A DNA stretch of 59,500 nucleotides, filler included. It is 2 parts of 2 records of this genome, joined end to end, with 100 filler letters (N's around TTAATTAATTAA, not from the genome) between each part and the next. Parts side by side here need not be neighbours in the genome. Positions count along the whole stretch, not along the records: positions 1 to 27,840 come from SRR20825006_2705; 1 more part is not named here. One strand, given 5' to 3'. Position 1 is the stretch's first letter; each line of letters opens with the position of its first letter. Of this stretch, positions 1 through 9,450 are shown in pieces. The notes under the pieces are model-generated. The model did no database searches, had not been told where the DNA came from, and worked only from the letters and a program-made list of their open reading frames with translations. A program made the position numbers and the translations under genes.

Positions 1-1543
1 AGAGCCGCCGGAGCATGTGAAATTCATCTTTGCCACGACCGAAATCCGCAAAGTGCCTATTACTGTGCTGTCGCGTTGCCAGCGCTTTGATCTGCGCCGT
101 ATTCCCGCGGCAGATCTCGTCAGGCTGTTCATGACCATCTGCGCCAAGGAAGGCGTGGAGATCGAGGATGACGCCGTATCGATGATCGCACGTGCCGCAG
201 AAGGCTCGGCGCGTGACGGCCTCTCATTGCTGGATCAGGCCATTTCCCACGGCAGTGGCAAGGTTGAAGCAGACGCCGTGCGTGGGATGCTGGGGCTGGC
301 CGATCGCGCCCGCATTGTCGATCTGTTTGGGCATGTCGTTTCAGGCGATGTCGCCGCAGCCCTTCACGAGTTTCAGTCACAGTATGAAGCCGGCGCCAAC
401 CCGGTCGTCGTGCTGACAGACCTCGCCGACTTCACCCATCTTGTGACCCGACTGAAATTCGTCAATGACGGGACGGAAGATGTCTCCTTGAGCGAAATTG
501 AACGCACACAGGGTGCGGAGTATGCGCAAAGTATCGCCGTTTCAGCGCTCTCACGCATCTGGCAGATGTTGCTGAAAGGCATTCCGGAAGCCGAAAACGC
601 CGCCCGCCCCTATGGCGCGGCAGAGATGGTGCTGATCCGCCTTGCCCATGCCGCAAGTCTGCCATCGCCGGAAGATGCAGCCCGCCGTCTGATGGCCCTG
701 GAAAGCGGTGAGGCCGCAACACCTTCAGCGCCAGCATCCCGATCCGCCCCGGCAGCACCACAGGCGAATGCGCAAACGCGAAGTGCCACACCTGCAAAGC
801 CCGCGACAGACGCCCCGCCGCAAAATCGTACGCAGGCACCCGCAAGCGGACAATCGGAGCGGCGCTCTGCAACCGTAACCATGCTGCGAACGCAATCGGC
901 AGAAGCGCGCGCGCCTCAGGAAGTGGAGCCGGAAGCTCGAACAAAGGTGGAAACTGCTGCGCCGGAGGAAGAGACCGAGCCCGTAGATCAAACGGTCACT
1001 ACGCCGGAACCGATCGATGCCCAACCAGCGAAAGCGACGGAAGACAACAGCGCGCTGTCATCTTCAAAAATCAGATCCTTAAGGGATATCACTGATCTTT
1101 GCAGCCAGCACAGGGCGATCAAGCTGCGTGCAGAGATCCGCAATTTCGTGCATATGGTCCGGCTGAAGCCAGGCACCGACGGCGAGAGCGGTCAGATCGA
1201 GATCCGGCTTGAGCCGGGTGCTCCGCGTTCGCTTTCGCAGGAACTCGGACCGAAGCTGAAAGAGTGGACCGGCGAAAAGTGGGTGATCGTTTTAAGCAGC
1301 GAACCGGGTGAACCGACGCTTCTGGAAGCCGAGGCTGCCGAACGGGCGCAGCTTTTCCGTGATGCCAGCGAAACACCGGAAATCATCGCAATCATGAAGA
1401 TGTTTCCCGGCGCCAGAATCACCGACGTCAGGGTGCGTGCCGACGAAGCGCCCGAAACCGGCGAGACGGAAGATGCACCCGACGCGGCAATCAATGATGA
1501 CGGCGACATATTGCCGGGCGACGATCTCGATGAAGAATTCTAG
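1..1543 (+). CDS. dnaX: DNA polymerase III subunit gamma/tau (5'-truncated by window start)
   Basis: Frame is open from position 2 (EPPEHVKFIFATTE...TVLSRCQRFDLRR, AEGSARDGLSLLDQ clamp-loader motifs); Pro/Ala-rich linker; followed by ybaB and recR. Confidence 0.97.
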   Translation, partial: EPPEHVKFIFATTEIRKVPITVLSRCQRFDLRRIPAADLVRLFMTICAKEGVEIEDDAVSMIARAAEGSARDGLSLLDQAISHGSGKVEADAVRGMLGLADRARIVDLFGHVVSGDVAAALHEFQSQYEAGANPVVVLTDLADFTHLVTRLKFVNDGTEDVSLSEIERTQGAEYAQSIAVSALSRIWQMLLKGIPEAENAARPYGAAEMVLIRLAHAASLPSPEDAARRLMALESGEAATPSAPASRSAPAAPQANAQTRSATPAKPATDAPPQNRTQAPASGQSERRSATVTMLRTQSAEARAPQEVEPEARTKVETAAPEEETEPVDQTVTTPEPIDAQPAKATEDNSALSSSKIRSLRDITDLCSQHRAIKLRAEIRNFVHMVRLKPGTDGESGQIEIRLEPGAPRSLSQELGPKLKEWTGEKWVIVLSSEPGEPTLLEAEAAERAQLFRDASETPEIIAIMKMFPGARITDVRVRADEAPETGETEDAPDAAINDDGDILPGDDLDEEF

Positions 1544-1569
1544 AAAACAGAATATCCAAGGAGAAATGC

Positions 1570-1893
1570 ATGCGTGACCTTATGGGCATGATGGGCAAGA
1601 TGAAGGAAATGCAGTCCAAGATGGAGCAGTTGCAGGAAGATATCGCTGCGACCGAAGTTGAGGGCGTTTCCGGCGGCGGTATGGTTACAATCAAGATGAC
1701 CGGCAAGGGCGAAATGCTTTCGATCAAGATCGACCCGACACTTCTGTCCGAAGATGACAGCGAAATGCTGGAAGACCTGATCGTCGCAGCTCATCGCGAC
1801 GCCAAGGAGCAGGCCGAGCAGAAGGCCGAGGAAATGACCAAGGAACTGACGGCAGGTTTACCGATTCCCCCCGGCATGAAGCTGCCTTTCTAG
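1570..1893 (+). CDS. ybaB: YbaB/EbfC family nucleoid-associated protein
   Basis: EVEGVSGGGMVTI...EMLEDLIVAA...LPIPPGMKLPF signature; AAGGAG RBS; dnaX-ybaB-recR context. Confidence 0.95.
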   Translation: MRDLMGMMGKMKEMQSKMEQLQEDIAATEVEGVSGGGMVTIKMTGKGEMLSIKIDPTLLSEDDSEMLEDLIVAAHRDAKEQAEQKAEEMTKELTAGLPIPPGMKLPF

Positions 1894-1904
1894 AGCTGAC
1901 ACCC

Positions 1905-2516
1905 ATGACCACAAGCGCTCTCGCCCTCTTCGCCATCACGCTGTTTGTTGCCGCTGGTTCGCCCGGACCGAGCGTGGCGGCGCTAGTTGCCCGCGTCCTG
2001 ACGCGCGGCCATCGCGATGTGCTGCCGTTTCTGGCGGCCATGTGGCTGGGCGAGGCGCTGTGGCTGACGCTGGCCGTCTTCGGACTGGTTGCGGTCGCGG
2101 CCAGTTTTCACGGCGTGTTTGTGGTGATTAAGTGGGCCGGCGTTGCCTACCTTATCTATCTGGCCTGGAAGATGTGGTTTTCCGAACCCGCATCCGACAG
2201 TGAGGAACTGCCGCAAGCCGGGTCAGGCTGGAAAATGTTTCTGACCGGCATGAGCGTGACGCTTGGCAATCCGAAAATCATGATGTTTTACGTCGCGCTG
2301 CTTCCGACGATCATCGACCTAAGCCGCGTGACTGTCTTCGGTTGGCTGGAACTGACCGCAACGCTGCTTGCGGTGCTGGCCGTTGTTGATCTTTCATGGG
2401 TCTTTCTGGCCTCGAAGGCACGCAGGCTCCTTAAAAGCCCGCGCGCCATGAAAATTGCCAACCGTGTCAGCGCCGGAATGATCGGCAGCGCGGCAGCGGC
2501 GATTGCTGCACGGTAA
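1905..2516 (+). CDS. LysE/RhtB family amino-acid exporter
   Basis: SPGP motif in TM1, KWAGVAYLIYLAWK, LGNPK motif; hydrophobic 203 aa. Confidence 0.92.
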   Translation: MTTSALALFAITLFVAAGSPGPSVAALVARVLTRGHRDVLPFLAAMWLGEALWLTLAVFGLVAVAASFHGVFVVIKWAGVAYLIYLAWKMWFSEPASDSEELPQAGSGWKMFLTGMSVTLGNPKIMMFYVALLPTIIDLSRVTVFGWLELTATLLAVLAVVDLSWVFLASKARRLLKSPRAMKIANRVSAGMIGSAAAAIAAR

Positions 2517-2554
2517 AGATTCCCAAACACAGCCAAATACGCTAGAGCCTCCTC

Positions 2555-3160
2555 ATGGCAAAACGAGTCACCGGCCCCGAAATCGAAAAACTGATCCAGC
2601 TTCTCGCGAAAGTGCCGGGACTTGGCCCTCGCTCGGCGCGGCGTGCTGCGCTGCACCTTATCAAGAAAAAAGATCTACTGATGGGGCCACTTTCCGGTGC
2701 GCTGCAGGAGGCCTATGACAAGGTGAAGGTCTGCTCGACCTGCGGCAATGTCGACACCGCCGATCCCTGTACCATCTGCACCGATCCGACTCGCGACCAG
2801 AGCGTTGTTATCGTTGTGGAAGATGTTGGCGATCTGTGGGCACTGGAGCGCGCTGCCGCACTCAACGCCGCCTATCATGTGCTCGGCGGCACACTCTCCC
2901 CGCTTGATGGGATCGGCCCCGACGACCTGACCATTACCACGCTGGTGGACCGGGTTAAATCCGGTGAGGTCAAGGAACTGATCATAGCTGTGAACGCAAC
3001 CGTCGAAGGGCAGGCAACCGCGCATTACATCACCGATCAGCTGGAAGATCTCGATATCAAGGTCACCCGGCTTGCCCACGGTGTGCCGGTCGGTGGCGAG
3101 CTCGACTATCTTGACGAAGGCACGCTGATCGCAGCGCTTCGATCAAGAACCAGCCTTTAG
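2555..3160 (+). CDS. recR: Recombination mediator RecR
   Basis: PGLGPRSA HhH motif, C4 zinc finger (CSTC...CTIC), [31 protein letters not shown]. Confidence 0.98.
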   Translation: MAKRVTGPEIEKLIQLLAKVPGLGPRSARRAALHLIKKKDLLMGPLSGALQEAYDKVKVCSTCGNVDTADPCTICTDPTRDQSVVIVVEDVGDLWALERAAALNAAYHVLGGTLSPLDGIGPDDLTITTLVDRVKSGEVKELIIAVNATVEGQATAHYITDQLEDLDIKVTRLAHGVPVGGELDYLDEGTLIAALRSRTSL

Positions 3161-3210
3161 GAACAACAGGTTTCAAACACGCCAGGAATTCAACTTCTGG
3201 GAGATGCATA

Positions 3211-3585
3211 GTGCAAAAATTGAACGGCGGCTGCCTGTGCGGCGATATCCGGTTTCAGACTACAGGCCAGCCTGATCGCGTCGGGCTTTGTCACTGTCTT
3301 GATTGCCGCAAATTTCACGGTGCCCTTTTTCACGCCTCCGCCGTTTTCAATCAGAGTGCTGTAACGATCAAAGGACAGACCCGTTCCTACGAAGGAAGAC
3401 ATTTCTGCCCCAAATGCGGATCATCGGTTTTTTCCTGCACGAATGACGAGATCGAGGTCAACCTCGGTTCAATGGATAAAACAGACCAGTTGATGCCGAC
3501 CTATGAACTCTGGACCAATCGCCGCGAGTCATGGCTACCGCCGTTTCCACTCAAAAATCACTATGAACGCGACCGGAACGAATAA
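3211..3585 (+). CDS. GFA family (Mss4-like) zinc-binding protein
   Basis: GGCLCG, CHCLDCRK and FCPKCGS cysteine pattern; GTG start with GGGAGA RBS. Confidence 0.9.
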   Translation: MQKLNGGCLCGDIRFQTTGQPDRVGLCHCLDCRKFHGALFHASAVFNQSAVTIKGQTRSYEGRHFCPKCGSSVFSCTNDEIEVNLGSMDKTDQLMPTYELWTNRRESWLPPFPLKNHYERDRNE

Positions 3586-3713
3586 CGGCAAGGCCGACGC
3601 AACGCCACCGGTCGGAATTCAGGTCTGTCCCTCCATCATGTCAATTGGCCTTTCCTTGCCCGTACAGCAAAATGTGGTCCGGCCCGGACTGCACTGAATC
3701 AGTACAAAGCCTC

Positions 3714-3750
3714 TTGATTTCTCACAATATATCCATTAATCTGGATATAT
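3714..3750 (+). promoter_or_regulatory. Putative ars promoter (TTGATT-17-TAATCT) overlapped by an inverted-repeat ArsR operator
   Basis: TTGATT 3714-3719, TAATCT 3737-3742; perfect inverted repeat ATATATCCA-N6-TGGATATAT 3727-3750 overlapping the arsR ATG. Confidence 0.7.
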
Positions 3751-4147
3751 GGATGAAATTGAAACAATCGCGGCATTGTCCGCACTGGCACAAACAACGC
3801 GGCTGCAAACCTTTCGGCTTCTCATTGAAAGCGAACCGGATGGCGTTGCAGCCGGCGAACTGGCAAAGCAGCTTTCCGTTCCGCAAAACACGATGTCCGC
3901 GCATCTCTCGACGCTGACCAATGCGGGCATCGTCAGGAAAGAAAGACAAGGCCGCTCGATTATCTACCGGGCGGATATCAAGGGCTTTCGTGCGGCAATG
4001 CTTTACCTCCTGCGCGACTGCTGCGGCGGCAACCCGGATCTATGCGAACCGCTGATCGAAAAGCTGGCACCATGCTGCACAGCCGTAGAGGACACCTCAA
4101 CCAATTCCAAAGGCGGGAGCCCCCGAAATGACCAGCAAGACCTATAA
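3749..4147 (+). CDS. arsR: ArsR/SmtB family arsenic-responsive repressor (C-terminal Cys type)
   Basis: ALAQTTRLQTFRLL, QNTMSAHLSTL wHTH, C-terminal DCCGGNPDLC...PCC; upstream of arsC-acr3. Confidence 0.92.
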   Translation: MDEIETIAALSALAQTTRLQTFRLLIESEPDGVAAGELAKQLSVPQNTMSAHLSTLTNAGIVRKERQGRSIIYRADIKGFRAAMLYLLRDCCGGNPDLCEPLIEKLAPCCTAVEDTSTNSKGGSPRNDQQDL

Positions 4148-4655
4148 TGTTCTTTTTCTCTGCACCGGCAATTCTGCCCGCTCGATTCTGGCGGAATCCA
4201 TCTTGAACGGAGAAGGCAACGGCCGTTTCAGGGCTTTTTCTGCCGGAAGTCATCCGAAAGGTGAGGTCAATCCGTTGGCGCTGAAAACGCTGAAGGAAAT
4301 GGGATATGCCGCCGAAGGGTTCGCTTCGAAGAGCTGGGATGAGTTCACAGTCCCCGGTGCGCCCGAAATCGATTTCATCATCACCGTCTGCGACAGCGCC
4401 GCCGGAGAAGCCTGCCCGATCATGCGCGGTCCGGGCAAGCGCACTCACTGGGGCGTGGAAGATCCCAGCCATGTGGAGGGAAGCGATGAGGAAAAGCTCC
4501 GCGCCTTCTCCCAGGCGGCGACCTACCTCAAAAGTCGGATCACGGCTTTCATCAACCTGACAAACGAAACCATCGAAGATGAAAGCATCGATTCGAAGCT
4601 GAAAGAAATCGGCGCCATGGATGGCGCAACCGACAAAGCCCGGAAGGCGCATTAA
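4128..4655 (+). CDS. arsC: Arsenate reductase, LMW-PTPase (thioredoxin-coupled) family
   Basis: VLFLCTGNSARS P-loop, VCDSAAGEACP, HWGVEDPS. Confidence 0.93.
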   Translation: MTSKTYNVLFLCTGNSARSILAESILNGEGNGRFRAFSAGSHPKGEVNPLALKTLKEMGYAAEGFASKSWDEFTVPGAPEIDFIITVCDSAAGEACPIMRGPGKRTHWGVEDPSHVEGSDEEKLRAFSQAATYLKSRITAFINLTNETIEDESIDSKLKEIGAMDGATDKARKAH

Positions 4656-4657
4656 GA

Positions 4658-5722
4658 ATGTCAACATTTGAACGTTATCTGACCCTTTGGGTGGCGCTGT
4701 GCATTGTCGCGGGCGTTTCACTCGGTCACTTCTTCCCGGCAGCCTTCCATGCCGTTGGCGCGCTCGAAATCGCCAAGGTCAACCTGCCGGTTGCGGTGCT
4801 GATCTGGCTGATGATCATTCCGATGCTGCTGCGCATCGATTTTTCCGCGCTGACTGAGGTGGGGCGTCACTGGCGTGGCATCAGCGTCACGCTCTTCGTC
4901 AACTGGGCGGTAAAACCTTTTTCCATGGCACTGCTCGGCTGGCTTTTCATCGGCTGGCTTTTCCGTCCGCTCCTGCCTGCCGATCAGATCGATTCCTATA
5001 TTGCCGGTCTGATCATTCTGGCAGCGGCCCCGTGCACCGCGATGGTATTCGTCTGGTCCGGGCTCACCAAGGGAGAGCCTCACTTCACCCTGTCTCAGGT
5101 AGCCCTTAACGATGCGATCATGATCGTTGCCTTCGCGCCTATCGTGGCGCTGCTGCTTGGGCTTTCCGCCATTACCGTGCCATGGAACACGCTGGTGCTT
5201 TCGGTGGCCCTTTACATCATAATCCCGGTGATTATTTCGCAGATTATCCGCAAGGCGCTGCTCGGCAACGGCTCGACGGCACGCCTCGATGCACTGCTGG
5301 CAAAGCTGCAACCCGCCTCGCTCGTTGCCCTGCTGGCGACGCTGGTACTGCTGTTCGGCTTTCAGGGGGAACAGATCCTGGCACAGCCGATGATCATCGC
5401 GCTTCTGGCCGTTCCGATCCTGATCCAGGTGTATTTCAACTCCGGCCTCGCCTATCTCTTGAACCGCGCATCCGGCGAAGAGCATTGTGTCGCCGGACCG
5501 TCAGCCCTGATCGGCGCCTCAAATTTCTTCGAGCTGGCCGTAGCCGCTGCCATCAGCCTGTTCGGTTTCAATTCCGGCGCCGCACTGGCAACGGTCGTTG
5601 GCGTATTGATCGAAGTGCCGGTCATGCTTTCGGTGGTCTATATCGTCAACCGCAGCAAGGGTTGGTATGAAAGCGGCTCCGCCGTTTCACGCAACAATGC
5701 GAAGCCCCGGAAAGCAAGCTGA
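4658..5722 (+). CDS. acr3: ACR3 family arsenite efflux transporter
   Basis: FERYLTLWV start, AAPCTAMVFVW, ASNFFELAVA, VVGVLIEVPVML motifs. Confidence 0.97.
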   Translation: MSTFERYLTLWVALCIVAGVSLGHFFPAAFHAVGALEIAKVNLPVAVLIWLMIIPMLLRIDFSALTEVGRHWRGISVTLFVNWAVKPFSMALLGWLFIGWLFRPLLPADQIDSYIAGLIILAAAPCTAMVFVWSGLTKGEPHFTLSQVALNDAIMIVAFAPIVALLLGLSAITVPWNTLVLSVALYIIIPVIISQIIRKALLGNGSTARLDALLAKLQPASLVALLATLVLLFGFQGEQILAQPMIIALLAVPILIQVYFNSGLAYLLNRASGEEHCVAGPSALIGASNFFELAVAAAISLFGFNSGAALATVVGVLIEVPVMLSVVYIVNRSKGWYESGSAVSRNNAKPRKAS

Positions 5723-5726
5723 ATTG

Positions 5727-5762
5727 AAAAAACCGGGGCACCTTTGCAGCCCCGGTTCTTTA
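5727..5762. terminator. Bidirectional intrinsic terminator between convergent acr3 and dsbB-like genes
   Basis: AACCGGGGC/GCCCCGGTT stem (5731-5757) with A-tract on the left and T-rich tail on the right. Confidence 0.7.
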
Positions 5763-5769
5763 TTCAAGG

Positions 5770-6327
5770 TCAGCGCCCGATCAACGCATCAAGCGCTTCG
5801 TAGCTGACCGGATTATCCGGGCAAAGGCCCAGCCCGCATTCGGCAAGCGTCGAAACACCATTGCCAACGGCCATGACAGCGAAAAACACCACAGCAACGA
5901 GGCCCAGTCCCGTCGCTTTTTTCGTCGTGGACATGTCTCTGGCAAAACCGCCGAGCAGCAGCATGATGCCTGCACCAAGCACAACCAGGACGAACAGCAC
6001 AAACGCCCAGGTGTAAAAATGCATCCCCAGGAAAGGTGCGCCATAACCGCCGGTGCCAGGAACCACATGCAAGGCCACCTGACGAAGGGCTGCAGTGCCA
6101 CCTGCAACGGCCCCCAGGATCATGAGCCCATAATGGCTGGCACGCACGCCCAGCAGCAGGTTCAAAGCCAGTGCCGTTCCCACGAGAACAAAACCGCCAC
6201 GCTGCAAAAGGCACAGCGGACATGGCAACTCGCCATCGGCAAACTGCGCGTAAAATGCGAACAGCAAAACAGTCGAAATGCCCAGAAGGGCCAGAGCATT
6301 AAGTTGATAGACAATACGTTCGGACAT
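5770..6327 (-). CDS. DsbB-family disulfide bond formation protein (DsbI-like, single loop CxxC plus C-terminal Cys pair)
   Basis: ELPCPLCLLQR motif, ALRQVALH, GMHFYTW; start placed at ATG 6327 behind an AAGGAGG RBS. Confidence 0.85.
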   Translation of the reverse strand: MSERIVYQLNALALLGISTVLLFAFYAQFADGELPCPLCLLQRGGFVLVGTALALNLLLGVRASHYGLMILGAVAGGTAALRQVALHVVPGTGGYGAPFLGMHFYTWAFVLFVLVVLGAGIMLLLGGFARDMSTTKKATGLGLVAVVFFAVMAVGNGVSTLAECGLGLCPDNPVSYEALDALIGR

Positions 6328-6337
6328 GACGCCCTCC

Positions 6338-6493
6338 TTAAAAGTCCAGATTGAGCGCATCAGTCGCGTGGAAACGATAAAGAACGAAAACAGTCAAAAC
6401 AGCCAGTAATGTCACACCGACAGCGGCTGTTCCCTTGCCGCGCCACGCCAGATAAACGGCGATAGCGCTGACAAAAAACGGTAATGTCATCAT
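6338..6493 (-). CDS. Small two-helix membrane protein (51 aa, DUF5993-like) upstream of the dsbB-like gene
   Basis: MMTLPFFVSAIAVYLAWRGKG...FHATDALNLDF; GGAAGGGG RBS; stop lies 10 nt before the dsbB-like start. Confidence 0.75.
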   Translation of the reverse strand: MMTLPFFVSAIAVYLAWRGKGTAAVGVTLLAVLTVFVLYRFHATDALNLDF

Positions 6494-6614
6494 TTGGAAT
6501 TCCCCTTCCTGATCCATACCCGGCAAATTGATGACAAGGTTTAGCCTTCGCGGCAAGCCACGCGACCACGAAAACCTTCTCATCATCATTCCCGTATTAC
6601 TCAGGCCAGTCTGT

Positions 6615-8036
6615 TTATTTTGCGTCCGGCCAGGCTGAGGGGTCGGTATTGATATCGGGGAACTTCTTGGGATCAAACACCGGGCGATGATTTCCCTCCG
6701 CAAGTTGATTGCGGAAATCGTTGATCAGCCTGAGAGCAATCGGGAACATCATCATCAGCGCCAACAGGTTGACCACAGCCAGAACACCCATCAGCGGATC
6801 AGAGAAGCTGAAGACAGCCGTCGCACCGGGGGCAACCGCTCCGACAAACACGATTGCAATGATGATGAGCCTGAGAACCTGCACTGCGATCGGCTTGTCT
6901 GTCATGAAAGCCAGCGCATTCTCGCCCAGATAGTAATTGTAGATAATCGAGGAGAACGAAAACAGAAGAATTGCGCCGGTAAGATAATACTGCGCCCAGA
7001 CGCCAACGTGATTGACCATGCTCTGCTGCGTCAGGATAACGCCATCGACGCCCTCCTGACCCGGCTGATAGACGTCGCCCAGCAAAATAACAAAGGCCGT
7101 GCAGGAACAAATCACCATCGTATCGATGAACACCGAGAAGCTCTGAGTTATGCCCTGACTGACCGGATGGCGCACATAAGCCGTTGCCGCCACATTCGGC
7201 GCGGAACCAAGACCGGCTTCGTTGGAAAACAGGCCACGCCGGAGGCCATTGGCCAAGGCCGCTCCAACACCACCGGCAACAGCTTCGCGCAAACCGAAGG
7301 CGTTGGCGAGAATATCCCAGATGACGCCCGGAAGCGCAGTGATGTTAAGAACAATAATCAGCAAGGCCATGCCGATATAGCCAAAAGCCATAATCGGGAT
7401 GATCACATCCGACGCCTTGGCAATGCGGTGAATACCGCCATAGACGATGAAACCAGTGGCGGCTGCCAGCAGAATACCCGTTGCGTAGCGAGGTATACCC
7501 ATACTGTCAGCCGTTGCACCGGCAACCGTGTTGCCCTGAAATGCGTTGAAGCCGATGGCAAATGAGGCGATCAGGCAAATGGCATAGACAATCGCCAGCC
7601 AGCGGTAGTTTTCCCCAAGTCCGTGGATGATCGCCTGCGCCGGACCGCCACGATAATCGCCTTCCGGCGTTGTGCGCTTGAAGGCCTGCGCCAGGGTTGC
7701 CTCAACAAGGCCGGAGCACATGCCGATCAATGCGATGGCCCACATCCAGAACACAGCACCGGGTCCGCCAGCCGTAATCGCCACAGCCACACCGGCGATA
7801 TTGCCGCCGCCGACCCGACCGCCAACGGAAACAAAAAGAGCCTCGCGTGCGCTGATCTTCGATGGATCTCCGTCCTCGTCTCCAACCAGAACGCCGAACA
7901 TGCGCCTGAAAAAGCGAAATTGAACAAAGCCACTTGCGACGGTGAAGAAAACACCAAGAACGACCAGAAAAGGGATCAGTGCCCAACCCCAAGTCAAATC
8001 ATTGATCATGCCAAAAAGAGAATCAAAAAACTGCAC
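6615..8036 (-). CDS. Alanine/glycine:cation symporter (AGCS/AlsT family)
   Basis: GRVGGGNIAGVA, GGPGAVFWMW, RGLFSNEAGLGSAP, VFIDTMVICSCTA. Confidence 0.95.
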   Translation of the reverse strand: MQFFDSLFGMINDLTWGWALIPFLVVLGVFFTVASGFVQFRFFRRMFGVLVGDEDGDPSKISAREALFVSVGGRVGGGNIAGVAVAITAGGPGAVFWMWAIALIGMCSGLVEATLAQAFKRTTPEGDYRGGPAQAIIHGLGENYRWLAIVYAICLIASFAIGFNAFQGNTVAGATADSMGIPRYATGILLAAATGFIVYGGIHRIAKASDVIIPIMAFGYIGMALLIIVLNITALPGVIWDILANAFGLREAVAGGVGAALANGLRRGLFSNEAGLGSAPNVAATAYVRHPVSQGITQSFSVFIDTMVICSCTAFVILLGDVYQPGQEGVDGVILTQQSMVNHVGVWAQYYLTGAILLFSFSSIIYNYYLGENALAFMTDKPIAVQVLRLIIIAIVFVGAVAPGATAVFSFSDPLMGVLAVVNLLALMMMFPIALRLINDFRNQLAEGNHRPVFDPKKFPDINTDPSAWPDAK

Positions 8037-8317
8037 GAAGACGCCCCTCGTCGCCGCATGGCCGTTTCAAACACGCGGCACCATCAAAACAACACAACCT
8101 GCCGGCCGACAGCCCCACCTGACGGATTGGCCAGACTCCATTCAAACTTACTAAATTACCCAAAAACGGTATCTGTCATGGCCGACAGGGGCAAGAATAT
8201 ATTTGCCGAATACCGTCGATATAAAAAGGCTCCTGCACGAAAATTCGTGTAGAAGCCTTCTTCTTCGTGTTCTGTCTTGCAGTGCCGAGGATCGCGGCAA
8301 ACAGAAGGCTCGGCTGA

Positions 8318-9340
8318 TTATCGCCAGCCCATGCCCGGCGCAACATATTTCAGGATCGCTTCGAGGACATGGGCATTATAATCGACCCCGAGCTGATTGG
8401 GCACTGTCAGAAGCAGCGTATCGGCCTCGGCAATAGCCTCATCATCCTTCAGCTGCTCGACTAGCCGATCCGGCTCATCCGCATAGGAACGCCCGAAAAC
8501 CGCACGAGTTTTCTCGTCAAGGTAGCCGATAGAATCCTGCTCCTTGCCACCACGTCCGAAATAGGCCCGATCGGTGTCATTGACCAACGCGAAGATTGAA
8601 CGGGAAATGGATACCCGCGGCGTCCAGTCGTGTCCGGCAGCTTTCCAGGCGGCGCGGTAAGCACGGATTTGATCGGCCTGCTGTTTGTGAAGAGGTTCGC
8701 CGGTCTCGTCGAATTTCAGCGTCGAGCTTTGCAGGTTCATGCCCAGCTTCGCCGCCCATTCGGCAGTTGCATTTGTCGCCGATCCCCACCATATCCGCTT
8801 GCTCAAACCTTCCGAATGCGGCTCAAGGCGCAACAGACCGGGCGGATTTGGAAACATCGGGCGCGGATTGGGTTCGGCGAACCCCTTGCCTTTCAGCCTA
8901 TCCAGAAAGACCTCGGTGTGGCGGCGCGCCATTGCAGCCTCATCTTCACCCTCACCCGGTTGATAGCCAAAATAGCGCCAGCCCTCGACCACCTGTTCGG
9001 GTGACCCGCGCGAGATGCCAAGCTGAAGCCGACCGCCCGAGATCAGGTCGGCGGCTCCGGCATCTTCGACCATGTAAAGCGGGTTTTCGTAGCGCATGTC
9101 GATCACGCCTGTGCCGATCTCGATACGACTCGTTTTTGCCCCAACCGCAGAAAGCAGAGGAAACGGCGAAGCCAGCTGACGGGCAAAGTGATGGACGCGG
9201 AAATAAGCACCGTCTGCACCGAGCTCTTCAGCGGCGACGGCAAGATCGATGGACTGTAACAGAGCATCGGCCGCCGAACGCGTCGCCGATTGCGGCGAGG
9301 GCGTCCAGTGACCAAAGGAAAGAAATCCGATATTTTTCAT
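8318..9340 (-). CDS. LLM-class (luciferase-like) flavin-dependent oxidoreductase
   Basis: IGFLSFGHW, AEELGADGAYFRVHHFA, IGTGVIDMRYENP, GRLQLGISRGSPE; start placed at ATG 9340. Confidence 0.92.
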   Translation of the reverse strand: MKNIGFLSFGHWTPSPQSATRSAADALLQSIDLAVAAEELGADGAYFRVHHFARQLASPFPLLSAVGAKTSRIEIGTGVIDMRYENPLYMVEDAGAADLISGGRLQLGISRGSPEQVVEGWRYFGYQPGEGEDEAAMARRHTEVFLDRLKGKGFAEPNPRPMFPNPPGLLRLEPHSEGLSKRIWWGSATNATAEWAAKLGMNLQSSTLKFDETGEPLHKQQADQIRAYRAAWKAAGHDWTPRVSISRSIFALVNDTDRAYFGRGGKEQDSIGYLDEKTRAVFGRSYADEPDRLVEQLKDDEAIAEADTLLLTVPNQLGVDYNAHVLEAILKYVAPGMGWR

Positions 9341-9450
9341 GGAACGCTTATCCAGACTGTTGTCTTTTAATCTGGATGTTTCATCGCATGACTGTGCGCG
9401 TTTCAGCAACCACGCATGTTATGAACACTGCGTCACCATAGTCTTCGCCA

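Noticed and set aside
700-1080. Programmed frameshift site in dnaX (tau/gamma)
   Set aside because: The Pro/Ala/Thr-rich linker shows no A AAA AAG heptamer or long A-run.
6687-7565. Long antisense or alternate-frame ORFs (also 3978-4721, 4718-5485, 8596-9441, 21452-22180, 25180-25800)
   Set aside because: They overlap well-supported genes, lack motifs, and are expected shadows of GC-rich codon usage.
8037-8317. Glycine riboswitch upstream of the Ala/Gly symporter
   Set aside because: I could not find the GGAGA / CCGAAG / CUCUCAGG aptamer elements on the minus strand.
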